A stretch of 39,989 nucleotides of DNA from Staphylococcus phage MBBL139: the sequence record OR786095.1. One strand, 5' to 3'. A program made the translations under genes and the position numbers. Numbering within the stretch: position 1 is the stretch's first letter; each line of letters begins with the position of its first letter. Shown piece by piece: positions 1 through 7,191 of this stretch. Below the pieces are notes generated by a model. That model saw only the letters and a program-made list of their open reading frames with translations. It was not told the origin of the DNA and did no database searches.

Positions 1-190
1 TCTCACAGTTCAAGAACCTCAAGTCTCCCCCATAGGGTCACTCTAAGTCAGACCAAAGGCCCTACCCCTAGACCTTCGGTCTAAACCTCAAGTCAAAGAC
101 CAGAAGTCGACCCGAAGTCTGGACCGATAGGGCCTATATCTTGTGGTTGGGACGATGGGTCGGGACTATATGTTGTGTCCTTGAGTCTCT
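1..190. repeat. Left direct terminal repeat (DTR), 190 bp identical to 39800-39989
   Basis: Bases 1-190 (tctcacagttcaagaacc...ttgagtctct) recur exactly at the 3' end of the window. T7-like genomes carry 150-250 bp DTRs. Confidence 0.9.
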
Positions 191-226
191 ATCTGTATCA
201 GACCTATCGTCCAAACCAATAGTCTC

Positions 227-332
227 ACCTACAGTTAACCACTTCTATAGGTTAAGACCAGTGGAGGACCTACAGTCTCACTACCTACAGTCTCTGTACC
301 TACAGTCAATAGACACTAAGTCGACCTACAGT
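227..332 (+). repeat. Array of five ACCTACAGT short repeats just inside the left DTR
   Basis: ACCTACAGT occurs at 227, 268, 283, 298 and 324, with a variant ACCTATCGT at 202. The same motif recurs just inside the right DTR. Confidence 0.7.
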
Positions 333-454
333 TTATCAGAGTCCTAAGGTCTAGACTCACAGGTTATCACATCCGGTCCGTTTAGCAGTCAGAGACCACA
401 GCTGACTAGGGTTATTAGTTAGTGTCTTGCTAACTGGACTCTTATTATCCATAG

Positions 455-495
455 TCCTGACTTAAAGTCAATCATCTGTAGTCATCCTTATATAG
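455..495 (+). promoter_or_regulatory. Candidate host sigma70 early promoter (A1-like: cTGACTTAAAGTC...)
   Basis: The TGACTTAAAGTC core matches my memory of the T7 A1 -35 region. The -10 is weak (gtcatc/tatata nearby). Confidence 0.3.
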
Positions 496-532
496 TCGGT
501 GGACTACTGTATAAATTAACATGATAAATAGT

Positions 533-566
533 TGTTGACACTTTTGGTCTAACTATGGTTTAATGC
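533..566 (+). promoter_or_regulatory. Candidate host sigma70 early promoter (TTGACA-18-TTTAAT) with an AT-rich upstream element
   Basis: TTGACA at 535-540 and TTTAAT at 559-564, preceded by an AT-rich stretch (ataaattaacatgataaatagttg). Confidence 0.45.
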
Positions 567-702
567 TCTCCGTCAACACGACACAGCAGTAAACGACTCG
601 CCGAGATGGTGATTCACAGTAGGTAAGACGATAGGTTGAATGGTCTAGCCAGTACGGAAGATTGCAGAAGGAACTAAGCGTACTAACCTGAAGTAAGAAA
701 GT

Positions 703-742
703 AGTTGACAAGCAGTAACGACTTAACGTAGTATGTACCACA
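703..742 (+). promoter_or_regulatory. Candidate host sigma70 early promoter (A2-like: TTGACA-18-TAGTAT-gtaccaca)
   Basis: TTGACA at 705-710 and TAGTAT at 729-734, followed by gtaccaca as in T7 A2 (TACGATgtaccaca) from memory. Confidence 0.5.
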
Positions 743-844
743 GCTAGCAACGAGCTAGCACATCAACACGGCAGCAACGGTTGATACGCTCTTTAACAAT
801 TTGGATAACTCTTAATGATTGCGCCGATAGTAGCAGTGATTAAC

Positions 845-915
845 TACAGGACCTTGAGTCTACCGCGAGACGGGCTTGACTTGAGCGACACAGGGTCCTG
901 ACTGATAGTCACTTA
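845..915 (+). promoter_or_regulatory. Structured element upstream of 0.3 (R0.3-like RNase III site candidate)
   Basis: GGACC-CUUGAGUC ... GACUUGAG ... GGGUCC nested pairing. It shares the 3' flank CCTGACTGAT(a/t)GTCACTTAA with the element upstream of 0.7. Confidence 0.4.
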
Positions 916-932
916 ACTAAAGGATAAACATC

Positions 933-1397
933 ATGATTTACACTAACGAGCCAGCTAACGTATTCTATGTATACCTGACCGCCTATCGCAGTATTAATAG
1001 GTACGCAATTAACGAGCTGCTGACCAAAGAGATGGCTGCGCGCATCAAGAAATATCCGGGCTTCTACGGGTCTCTCATCAACCAGAATGTTGAGGGATGC
1101 TATCATGAGGCTGGAGTGGGTCTTCCGAGCGTTGAGCGCACACTGGTGGTCAAATGCACTAAGCTGTCACAGGTGGCTGAGCTGACTCGTCTGGCTTGCG
1201 AGGACTACGACCAGGACGCAGTGCTTCAGGTCAACTCTCAGACTCACACGGCGATACTTAATAGCCTTGAGACCGTAGGCGAATATCCTCAGTCCTACAA
1301 GCAACTGAAAGAGGAGACCATAGGCGTCTTCACTAAGCAGGACACCGGGTCTGAGATGTATAGCATTATCAACGGCGAACGCTGGGAGGTGGCATAA
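933..1397 (+). CDS. gp0.3: S-adenosyl-L-methionine hydrolase/lyase (T3 gp0.3-type anti-restriction)
   Basis: 154 aa. The N-terminus MIYTNEPANVFYVYLTAYRS matches recalled T3 SAMase MIFTKEPAHVFYVLVSAFRS; shared blocks include VKC, LACE..QD.VL and SQTHTA. It is the first gene after the early promoters. Confidence 0.75.
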   Translation: MIYTNEPANVFYVYLTAYRSINRYAINELLTKEMAARIKKYPGFYGSLINQNVEGCYHEAGVGLPSVERTLVVKCTKLSQVAELTRLACEDYDQDAVLQVNSQTHTAILNSLETVGEYPQSYKQLKEETIGVFTKQDTGSEMYSIINGERWEVA

Positions 1398-1468
1398 TGT
1401 CATACGAGCAATGGGAAGACGGGATGTATTACTTAGAGTGGCTTTACCGGAATGCAAGAGGCTAAACC

Positions 1469-1594
1469 ATGTACCAGATAACCTACAGCAGTGAACAAGC
1501 GTTCTATGATGGATGCTTTGAGATGATGAAGCGCGGAGCCTGTTACGTGGCTAACCATCACAGCCTGACAATAACACTGACAGGAGGGTACTGA
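1469..1594 (+). CDS. Small hypothetical early protein (41 aa)
   Basis: ATG with upstream agagg, located between 0.3 and 0.7 where T7 has small genes 0.4-0.6. No homology recognised. Confidence 0.25.
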   Translation: MYQITYSSEQAFYDGCFEMMKRGACYVANHHSLTITLTGGY

Positions 1595-1623
1595 TGGCGT
1601 AAGCCAGCTTAACGAGTGCCAGA

Positions 1624-1668
1624 CTACAGGTCATCCAGACACGGGTGGCCTGACTGATTGTCACTTAA
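1624..1668 (+). promoter_or_regulatory. Hairpin element upstream of 0.7 (R0.5-like RNase III site candidate)
   Basis: GGUCAUCC-agacac-GGGUGGCC forms an 8-bp stem with G-U pairs. The flanks ctacagg / cctgactgattgtcacttaa are shared with the 845-915 element. Confidence 0.45.
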
Positions 1669-1686
1669 ACGAGAAGGAATGAAACG

Positions 1687-2421
1687 ATGAACGATACGCA
1701 GAAAGCTATCATGAATAACCTGATGTCCCAGCTTCACGCTATCATCTGCGAGCAGTGCTATAAGATTGAGGACTCATGCGCTGGCATAGCTGGTCAACCG
1801 CGCTGGGGAGCCTTTGAGATACTGGCCCGTGAGCATGGCTACAAGCTGTTGGGTCTGGGACATTTCGCGGCGGCCTTTGAGCATGAGGACCTACCGGGAT
1901 ATGCTATCAAGGTAGGCTTTAAGAAGGATGACTCAGGCGCTGCGTATGCGGCCTTCTGTCGAGAGAATGAAGGTATGGCTGGACTTCCGGTCATCCATCT
2001 GGTCAAGCGCTTCAGCCGGGCTTACATGGTGGCTATGGACAAGTATCGCTCATTGAATGACATCGGCGGGGACTACTGCCGGGATGGCGAGACCTACGAG
2101 CAGCGAGTCTTAAACGTGGCGTGGCGTGTAGTCAACGCGGTGATAGACTACTGCAAGCAACCATCTGAGGCACTGAGCTGGTTGCTGGACCAAGACGCGA
2201 GAGCTGAGTTTGCACACGTCGAGACCCAATATATTAAAGACCTTGCGCAGACCGCTAAGAAGATTAACAGTTTCTTCTACGGGCTGGCATCATTCGACAC
2301 TCACCGCGCTAACGTGATGGTCGACAATAACGGGCGCTTGATAATCACGGACCCAGTGTCATGGACCGCAAGCGACCATCAAGATGAGCTGCAAGGCAAG
2401 CTGAATGCAATAGCTGAGTGA
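1687..2421 (+). CDS. gp0.7: Ser/Thr protein kinase, gp0.7-like kinase domain only
   Basis: 244 aa with kinase-like catalytic motifs (HRANVMVDNNG, IITDP). T7 gp0.7 is 359 aa with an N-terminal kinase domain, so the host-shutoff C-terminal domain is absent here. Confidence 0.75.
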   Translation: MNDTQKAIMNNLMSQLHAIICEQCYKIEDSCAGIAGQPRWGAFEILAREHGYKLLGLGHFAAAFEHEDLPGYAIKVGFKKDDSGAAYAAFCRENEGMAGLPVIHLVKRFSRAYMVAMDKYRSLNDIGGDYCRDGETYEQRVLNVAWRVVNAVIDYCKQPSEALSWLLDQDARAEFAHVETQYIKDLAQTAKKINSFFYGLASFDTHRANVMVDNNGRLIITDPVSWTASDHQDELQGKLNAIAE

Positions 2422-2486
2422 TAGACGAGAGGCCACTACATCTAGTGGTCTCAAAGATTATTTCTCACAACATATAGAGGTGAACT

Positions 2487-2576
2487 ATGAACATCTGGTA
2501 CTGGGTGTGCTTATCTCCGGTCATCTTCCTGATAGCTTTCGGTCTTCTGGATGCAATCAAGCGAGGGTCTCTGTAA
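2487..2576 (+). CDS. Small hydrophobic peptide (29 aa, MNIWYWVCLSPVIFLIAFGLLDAIKRGSL)
   Basis: ATG six nt after AGAGGTG. The product is predicted membrane-spanning, and its stop overlaps the next start as TAATG. Confidence 0.3.
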   Translation: MNIWYWVCLSPVIFLIAFGLLDAIKRGSL

Positions 2577-2770
2577 TGGGCTGGTTACTTCTGGTCATCG
2601 GCTACGGGTTAATACTCGCAGTCATCACGAAAGACATCGTGAAGGCACGTAAAGTCTACCGCTTCCAGTACGTATCACTGGGCCGCTGGACTGTAAGACA
2701 ACCAAACGGACGCTTCATGCGAAACCTCGCAAACGTCTGGGATATAGCAACTCTTGGGAGCAAACTGTAA
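2576..2770 (+). CDS. Small membrane protein (64 aa); could alternatively start at GTG 2480
   Basis: ATG inside TAATG, with a hydrophobic N-terminus (GWLLLVIGYGLILAVIT). It is in frame with track ORF 2480-2770. Confidence 0.4.
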   Translation: MGWLLLVIGYGLILAVITKDIVKARKVYRFQYVSLGRWTVRQPNGRFMRNLANVWDIATLGSKL

Positions 2771-3096
2771 TGAACAAGTCATACGGGATTAATCTGGTAC
2801 ACTCTATGGACGCAGAAATGAACATGTTAAGCCTACTGGCGACAGGGTATCGTCACGGAAAGTCAAGTCACACCATTCGTCAACAGCAGGAGCGCGACCG
2901 TGTACTTCAGGCACGACTCCGGGCCGAGGGCCATAAGTCCGAGCTGATGTGTCTGGCGTATGGTGGTCGACCACTAACCGACGATGGTAAACTTCTGGTC
3001 TCAGGCTGGAGGGCGATAGACCAGCGGTCATACATCAGGCACACTACCAAAGGTGACTTCAGTCATCTCCACGCTAACCCACTGATATGCAAGTAG
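2770..3096 (+). CDS. Hypothetical early protein (108 aa)
   Basis: Start is translationally coupled to the upstream ORF by a TAATG overlap. It occupies the space where T7 carries the gp0.7 C-terminal domain. Confidence 0.45.
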   Translation: MNKSYGINLVHSMDAEMNMLSLLATGYRHGKSSHTIRQQQERDRVLQARLRAEGHKSELMCLAYGGRPLTDDGKLLVSGWRAIDQRSYIRHTTKGDFSHLHANPLICK

Positions 3097-3102
3097 TTTG
3101 GA

Positions 3103-3122
3103 CTAAACTATCACTAAAGGAC
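3103..3122 (+). promoter_or_regulatory. Variant phage-RNAP promoter (cTAAACTATCACTAAAGGac) immediately upstream of the RNAP gene
   Basis: Matches the 12-copy consensus except for T to A at -2 (cactaaagg instead of cactatagg). The T3 consensus has A at -2. Confidence 0.4.
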
Positions 3123-3199
3123 TCAAGGTCGAAAGACTCTAAGTCAGGACTGAAGTGAAAGACTTTAGTGATAAGACAACAGTTATAAGGACTTTAAGT

Positions 3200-5881
3200 A
3201 TGAGCGTCATCTCAATTGATAAGCACGACTTCTCAGATGTGTCGAATGCAATCGAACCCTTCAACGTACTAGCAGACCACTACGGTCAGGACCTTGCAGT
3301 CAAGCAGCTCCAACTTGAGCACGAGGCCTACACTGAAGGCGAGCGACGTTTCATTAAGAACCTTGAGCGCCAGACTGAGCGCGGGGAACTGGCAGACAAT
3401 CAGGTCGCTAAGCCATTGATGCAAACGCTGGTACCGACCATAGCTGAGGCTGTGCGTGAGTGGCATGAAGGCCCGGACGGTAAGTCCTCGACCTCGCGTC
3501 CAAGCGTAGCGTTTACCATGCTAAGCACTGATGAGAAGGCCGTCAAAGACCGCACTCTGCTAATCTCTGCGGAGTCTGCTGCGGTCATCATACTGAAAGT
3601 CATCCTCAGCAAGCTGGTCAAGCCTGAAGGCATTCCGATAACTCCTATGGCATCCGCGATAGGTCGCACACTGGAAGATGAAATCCGCTTTGGTCGCATC
3701 CGTGAGCAGGAGCAGGAGCACTTCAAGAAGACCATAGCGGAGAACCTGAAGAAACGCGCTGGCGCAAGCTACAAGAAAGCCTACATGCAGGCAGTCGAGG
3801 CGTCTATGCTTGAGCAGGGACAGCTGGCTGACGCGTGGGGTACTTGGAGTCCGACCGAGGCAGTTCACGTAGGCATCAAGATGCTAGAGCTGGTCATGCA
3901 GTCATCGCAACTGGTCGAGCTGAAGCGCTACGGTGCAGGCAATGCTGCGGCAGACGTCGAGATGGTTCACCTGTCTGACTTCTGGGTCAAGAAGATGGCT
4001 CAGCGTGGTTTCTCTCTGGCAGGAATTGCCCCAGTTTACCAGCCCTGCGTCGTGCCACCTAAGCCGTGGACCGGGGTGGTTGGCGGTGGGTACTGGGCTA
4101 AAGGTCGCAGGCCTCTACCGCTGATTCGCTTAGGGTCTAAGGCTGCGGTCCAGCGCTACGAAGACGTGTACATGCCTGAAGTGTATGAGGCAGTGAACAT
4201 CATTCAGCAGACTCCTTGGAAGGTAAACAAGAAGGTGCTGGAAGTGGTGAACATGGTCGAGAAGCTGAATAACACGCCTATAGCTGACATCCCTCAGATG
4301 GAGCCACTGAAGCCTGAAGAATATGCGGGTGAGACCGAGGAGGAGCTTAAGGCTTGGAAAAAATCTGCGGCTGGTATCTATCGACGCGAGAAGGCCCGAC
4401 AGTCTCGCCGTTTATCGCTGAGCTTCATCGTCTCACAGGCTAACAAGTTCTCTCAGTTCAAGGCCATCTGGTTCCCGTACAACATGGACTGGCGAGGTCG
4501 TGTTTACGCTGTCCCGATGTTCAACCCTCAGGGCAACGATATGCAGAAGGGCCTGCTGACTCTGGCGGTAGGCAAGCCAATCGGTGCGGACGGCTTCAAA
4601 TGGCTGAAGGTACACGGTGCAAACTGCGCGGGTGTCGATAAAGTCACCTTTGAGGAGCGCATCAAGTGGGTTGAGGACAATCACGACAACATCCTAGCGA
4701 CTGCTAAGAGTCCGATGGATAGCATTGACTGGTGGGGCCAGTTAGACTCTCCGTTCTGCTTCCTCGCGTTCTGCTTTGAGTATGCCGGGGTTATGCACCA
4801 CGGTCTGAGCTACTCCTGCTCTCTGCCTATCGCGTTCGATGGGTCCTGCTCTGGGATTCAGCACTTCAGCGCCATGCTCCGTGACCACGTTGGTGGACAT
4901 GCGGTAAACCTGACGCCTTCCGGTAAGGTCCAAGACATCTACCGCATTGTGTCCGACCGGGTGGAGGAGCAGCTTAAGGAACTGCTGGTCAACGGGAGCG
5001 ACAACGAGATGAAGACCTTCGAGGACAAGAAGACGGGAGAGATTACTGAGCGTCTGGTCCTTGGGACTCGTGAGCTGGCCCGTCAGTGGCTAACCTACGG
5101 GATGTCCCGCTCGGTCACTAAACGCTCGGTCATGACTCTGGCCTACGGGTCGAAGGAATACGGGTTCGCGGACCAAGTGTTTGAGGACACCGTGATGCCA
5201 GCGATTGACAGCGGTAAAGGAGCGATGTTCACAGACCCAAGCCAAGCGTCCCGCTTCATGGCTAAGATGATATGGGACGCTGTGAGTGTGACCGTAGTTG
5301 CTGCGGTTGACGCGATGAAGTGGCTTCAAGGTGCTGCCAAGCTGCTGGCTGCTGAAGTGAAGGACAAGAAGACTGGTGAAATCCTGAAGCCTTGCCTCCC
5401 GGTTCACTGGGTAACACCTGATGGCTTCCCGGTATGGCAGGAATACCGCAAGAAAGACACCACACGTCTGAACCTCCTGTTCCTTGGGTCGTTCAACCTG
5501 CAACCGACAGTCAACAAAGGGTCGAAGAAAGAGCTGGACAAGCACAAGCAGGAGTCCGGCATCAGTCCTAACTTTGTGCACTCACAGGACGGAAGTCACC
5601 TGAGGAAGACTGTAGTCCACACTCACCGCAAGTATGGCGTGATGTCCTTCGCAGTGATTCACGACAGCTTTGGGACCATCCCGGCTGACGCTGAGTTCCT
5701 GTTCAAGGGAGTCCGCGAGACGATGGTCGAGACCTACCGCGACAACGATGTGCTGCAAGACTTCTACGAGCAGTTCGCGGACCAGCTTCACGAGAGCCAG
5801 CGCGACAAGTTGCCTGAGCTTCCGAAGAAAGGTAAACTGAATATCGAGGACATCTTGTCTTCAGACTTTGCATTCGCCTAA
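3200..5881 (+). CDS. gp1: T7-type single-subunit DNA-dependent RNA polymerase
   Basis: 893 aa from ATG 3200 (aagga 8 nt upstream; the track ORF begins at upstream in-frame ATG 3155). Collinear with recalled T7 RNAP (FNTLADHYG, PCVVPPKPWTG, RYEDVYMPEVY, DGSCSGIQHFSAML, HDSFGT, C-terminal FAFA). Confidence 0.95.
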   Translation: MSVISIDKHDFSDVSNAIEPFNVLADHYGQDLAVKQLQLEHEAYTEGERRFIKNLERQTERGELADNQVAKPLMQTLVPTIAEAVREWHEGPDGKSSTSRPSVAFTMLSTDEKAVKDRTLLISAESAAVIILKVILSKLVKPEGIPITPMASAIGRTLEDEIRFGRIREQEQEHFKKTIAENLKKRAGASYKKAYMQAVEASMLEQGQLADAWGTWSPTEAVHVGIKMLELVMQSSQLVELKRYGAGNAAADVEMVHLSDFWVKKMAQRGFSLAGIAPVYQPCVVPPKPWTGVVGGGYWAKGRRPLPLIRLGSKAAVQRYEDVYMPEVYEAVNIIQQTPWKVNKKVLEVVNMVEKLNNTPIADIPQMEPLKPEEYAGETEEELKAWKKSAAGIYRREKARQSRRLSLSFIVSQANKFSQFKAIWFPYNMDWRGRVYAVPMFNPQGNDMQKGLLTLAVGKPIGADGFKWLKVHGANCAGVDKVTFEERIKWVEDNHDNILATAKSPMDSIDWWGQLDSPFCFLAFCFEYAGVMHHGLSYSCSLPIAFDGSCSGIQHFSAMLRDHVGGHAVNLTPSGKVQDIYRIVSDRVEEQLKELLVNGSDNEMKTFEDKKTGEITERLVLGTRELARQWLTYGMSRSVTKRSVMTLAYGSKEYGFADQVFEDTVMPAIDSGKGAMFTDPSQASRFMAKMIWDAVSVTVVAAVDAMKWLQGAAKLLAAEVKDKKTGEILKPCLPVHWVTPDGFPVWQEYRKKDTTRLNLLFLGSFNLQPTVNKGSKKELDKHKQESGISPNFVHSQDGSHLRKTVVHTHRKYGVMSFAVIHDSFGTIPADAEFLFKGVRETMVETYRDNDVLQDFYEQFADQLHESQRDKLPELPKKGKLNIEDILSSDFAFA

Positions 5882-5893
5882 GGAGGCATCTAC

Positions 5894-6109
5894 ATGAAAT
5901 TCGCACACAAGCAGACGGGCGTTAATGGTGGGACTCAAATCGTGACCGTAACGGAACACAACGGCAAGGGTCTGGTGAAGACCACTGTTATCCCAACTAA
6001 GATGTCCAAGCAGCTTAACATTCCGTTCAAGACTCTTGTGTATCTGGTCGAGTCCAGCCACGAGAAGTACCTGAAGGACGCAGTGTCCAAGCTGGGGCAG
6101 ACCAAATGA
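5894..6109 (+). CDS. Hypothetical protein (71 aa) between genes 1 and 1.1
   Basis: Strong SD AAGGAGG nine nt upstream. T7 has no gene at this position. Confidence 0.55.
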   Translation: MKFAHKQTGVNGGTQIVTVTEHNGKGLVKTTVIPTKMSKQLNIPFKTLVYLVESSHEKYLKDAVSKLGQTK

Positions 6110-6183
6110 CAGACCTACAGTTACTGGCTTTGTGGCTAGGAGCGCTCGCAGTATTCACCTTAATCCAACGCAGAAGAGGTTAA
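6106..6183 (+). CDS. Possible 25-aa hydrophobic peptide (MTDLQLLALWLGALAVFTLIQRRRG)
   Basis: ATGA start/stop overlap with the upstream ORF; the product is predicted membrane-spanning. Its shortness makes the call uncertain. Confidence 0.2.
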   Translation: MTDLQLLALWLGALAVFTLIQRRRG

Positions 6184-6186
6184 CCT

Positions 6187-6651
6187 ATGTTCTTTAACAA
6201 CAAAGTAGCTACACGCCTGTTTGAAGCTGAGCGCCAGCTTGCCCTGAAGGAAGCGCTTTTAGACAGGGCAGACGCGGAGGTTGCGAGACTGCGGGCTAAA
6301 GTCAGGAAAGCAGCAGCAGAACAGCTAAAGACTCAGGAGCCTGTGACTGTGAAGCGTATGGTCGGACTGAAGTTCAAGGCGCTGTTCAACGGTCTCTATC
6401 AGCCAACCGAGTTCAAGACCGGGCCGGGACCATGTGGTAAGACTGTGACACACTTTGACACCAGTCGTACCGAGCGTACCCTGACCATCCACCAGCACCA
6501 TACGGACGGCTCTCAGAAGGACTTCGAGTACCGACTGAGCGACATCGACGGTCGTATCCAGTACGACTATGAGCAAGTTAAAGTCTACGGAGAAGAGGCA
6601 GAACGTGAGCGAGCGTCCCAGACATCGCGGGTGCGGATACGCTTTGCCTAA
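6187..6651 (+). CDS. Hypothetical protein (154 aa) with a charged N-terminus rich in Ala, Arg, Lys and Glu
   Basis: agagg RBS; the stop codon is embedded in the downstream phage promoter. No T7 counterpart. Confidence 0.5.
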   Translation: MFFNNKVATRLFEAERQLALKEALLDRADAEVARLRAKVRKAAAEQLKTQEPVTVKRMVGLKFKALFNGLYQPTEFKTGPGPCGKTVTHFDTSRTERTLTIHQHHTDGSQKDFEYRLSDIDGRIQYDYEQVKVYGEEAERERASQTSRVRIRFA

Positions 6652-6668
6652 ACTATCACTATAGGATT
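6648..6668 (+). promoter_or_regulatory. Phage-RNAP promoter (cTAAACTATCACTATAGGatt), phi1.1-like; possible primary origin region
   Basis: Consensus copy upstream of the 1.1-1.3 operon. In T7 the phi1.1A/B promoters at this position are part of the primary replication origin. Confidence 0.7.
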
Positions 6669-6712
6669 AGACTCAAGGTCATGACTCAAAGTCGTGGCCT
6701 TCATGATTAACC
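6667..6712 (+). promoter_or_regulatory. Conserved hairpin element (R1.1-like RNase III site candidate), copy 1 of 3
   Basis: tagactcaaGGUCAUGAC-ucaaa-GUCGUGGCCttcatgatta: a 9-bp stem with G-U pairs. The flanks are shared with the elements at 13592 and 36373. Confidence 0.5.
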
Positions 6713-6742
6713 CTAACTCAAAACTACTGGAGATTTAACCAC

Positions 6743-6922
6743 ATGTATCAGGACACTATCAACTTCGAGCGCATCCGTGAACGTCAGCAGACTGAAGGTT
6801 ACATTCCGAAGGGCCGCAAGCTGAACAAGACCAAGCGTGGGGGAGGCGTGAAGGGTGCTTTCCGTAACTCTGAAGGTAAAGACTCGCTGGTTAACAAAGC
6901 GAAGTATATCGTAGGAGCGTAA
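6743..6922 (+). CDS. gp1.1: gp1.1-like small basic protein (59 aa)
   Basis: Contains KGRKLNKTKRGG, matching recalled T7 gp1.1 (..KGRKLNKTKRD..). Not in the ORF track because it is under 60 aa. Confidence 0.6.
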   Translation: MYQDTINFERIRERQQTEGYIPKGRKLNKTKRGGGVKGAFRNSEGKDSLVNKAKYIVGA

Positions 6923-6925
6923 GCC

Positions 6926-7186
6926 ATGAACCATTACGAGCTTAAAGATTTCGCAAAGAGTCTTGGACTTGTGGTTGAGCACGACTGGTACGAGGACCTC
7001 CAGCGTAGACTTAAGGTCGAGCGAATGTCCTTCAGGACAGACTACAGGTACTCACCAAAGAACGGCTATGAGCGTGGGGACCTGATAGCGAGACTTGAGT
7101 TTAATGACTCAATGGGTCCGACAGAATACGCCGACGCCATCGGCCCAGCTTACAACGCACTTAAACAATTTGAACTGTGGAGATAA
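6926..7186 (+). CDS. gp1.2: gp1.2-like protein (host dGTPase inhibitor homolog by position and size)
   Basis: 86 aa immediately before the ligase gene. The HDWYED block resembles T7 gp1.2 DDWYDA. Confidence 0.55.
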   Translation: MNHYELKDFAKSLGLVVEHDWYEDLQRRLKVERMSFRTDYRYSPKNGYERGDLIARLEFNDSMGPTEYADAIGPAYNALKQFELWR

Positions 7187-7191
7187 TCAGA

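Noticed and set aside
141-347. Track ORF, 68 aa on the + strand
   Set aside because: It lies within the terminal repeat and the ACCTACAGT repeat array, upstream of all promoters. It has no RBS and is a repetitive-sequence artefact.
553-750. Minus-strand ORF, 65 aa
   Set aside because: It overlaps the early host-promoter cluster. All recognised genes are on the + strand, and there is no RBS.
909-1457. Minus-strand ORFs 909-1106 and 1167-1457
   Set aside because: They are antisense shadows of the conserved 0.3 SAM hydrolase gene.
3155-3199. Upstream in-frame ATG of the RNAP ORF
   Set aside because: It has no RBS. ATG 3200 has an aagga RBS and gives an N-terminus aligned with T7 RNAP.
7177-7191. 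Upstream ATG of the ligase ORF
   Set aside because: ATG 7192 has ggaga nine nt upstream, aligns with the T7 ligase N-terminus (IKTNP), and follows the 1.2 stop.
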